From an uncultured Clostridia bacterium (GTDB taxonomy: Bacteria; Bacillota; Clostridia; Christensenellales; Aristaeellaceae): 24,289 nt of DNA. The translations under genes were made by a program, and so were the position numbers. Position 1 is the first letter of the stretch; the number at the start of each line of letters is the position of its first letter. A model generated the notes under the pieces. It was not told the origin of the DNA. It worked only from the letters and a program-made list of their open reading frames with translations, and did not search any database. Below are positions 23,972 to 24,289 of this stretch, piece by piece. Where the stretch lies: contig CALCTW010000119.1 in assembly GCA_937907055.1 (NCBI GenBank), positions 1 through 24,289 of the forward strand. The letters run 5' to 3'.

Positions 23972-24289
23972 TTATTGTCCACGAAACAGGTTGCAGGCTT
24001 CTTCATAGGCATGACGCTCAAAGGCAGCATACATACGGCCTCTGGACATCGCCTCGTCGAAATCCACTTCATAACCGTTGAAGTCAGGGCCATCCACGCA
24101 AGCGAACTTGGTCACACGCTTGCCGTCCTGGTTCAGGGTCAGACGGCAGCCGCCGCACATACCGGTACCGTCGATCATGATGGGGTTCATGGAGACGGTG
24201 ACAGGCACGCCGAAGGGCTTGGCCGCGGCAACAACAAACTTCATCATGATCAGGGGACCGATGGTGATGATCATGTCGAACTTCTCACC
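23972..24289 (-). CDS. nfnA: 3' part of the PyrK-like FAD/[2Fe-2S] subunit, probably NfnA; the 5' end lies beyond the window
   Basis: ..SMNPIMIDGTGMCGGCRL......K.ACVDGPDFNGYEVDFDE.. is the C-terminal 2Fe-2S motif of the dihydroorotate-dehydrogenase-electron-transfer/NfnA family. The frame is open to the right edge. Confidence 0.75.
   Translation of the reverse strand, partial: GEKFDMIITIGPLIMMKFVVAAAKPFGVPVTVSMNPIMIDGTGMCGGCRLTLNQDGKRVTKFACVDGPDFNGYEVDFDEAMSRGRMYAAFERHAYEEACNLFRGQ

Overview
This is a 24.3-kb chromosomal segment that looks like a fairly high-GC, Clostridia-type Firmicute. That guess rests on strong GGAGG ribosome-binding sites, NfnAB, LarC and the ilv gene order. I did everything by eye, with no database search.

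Layout, left to right:
1. 1-748: repeat-rich non-ilv DNA. It holds the 5' end of an outward-reading gene, a 22-bp-periodic iteron-like array and an 11-bp perfect inverted repeat. It abuts a 3'-truncated ilvD.
2. 2100-5368 (minus): an intact ilvB-ilvN-ilvC operon with a consensus sigma-A promoter and a long leader.
3. 5787-9375 (minus): an accessory-looking operon. It encodes an ABC ATPase with an N-terminal membrane domain, an ABC-2 permease and an unrecognisable 308-aa protein.
4. A small orphan gene and a GNAT acetyltransferase.
5. 10815-13566 (minus): a TPR-like protein, LarC (with a long His-rich tandem repeat) and an ECF-S-like membrane protein.
6. An OYE-family flavin oxidoreductase, divergent from a TetR-led operon.
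7. 15173-20246 (plus): TetR, a GPH sugar symporter, a GH36 alpha-galactosidase and a GT-B-like protein.
8. An aldo/keto reductase.
9. An AT-rich island with 10-bp phased repeats.
10. nadK interrupted by a single in-frame TAG.
11. nfnB and the 3' end of nfnA.

The items most worth a second look:
- the ilvD junction and its iteron-like array
- the in-frame TAG in an otherwise intact nadK, in a window where none of the 20 readable stop codons is TAG
- the three operons of unclear function: ABC plus the 308-aa orphan, TPR-LarC-ECF-S, and GH36 plus GT-B

I saw no CRISPR array, tRNA or rRNA.
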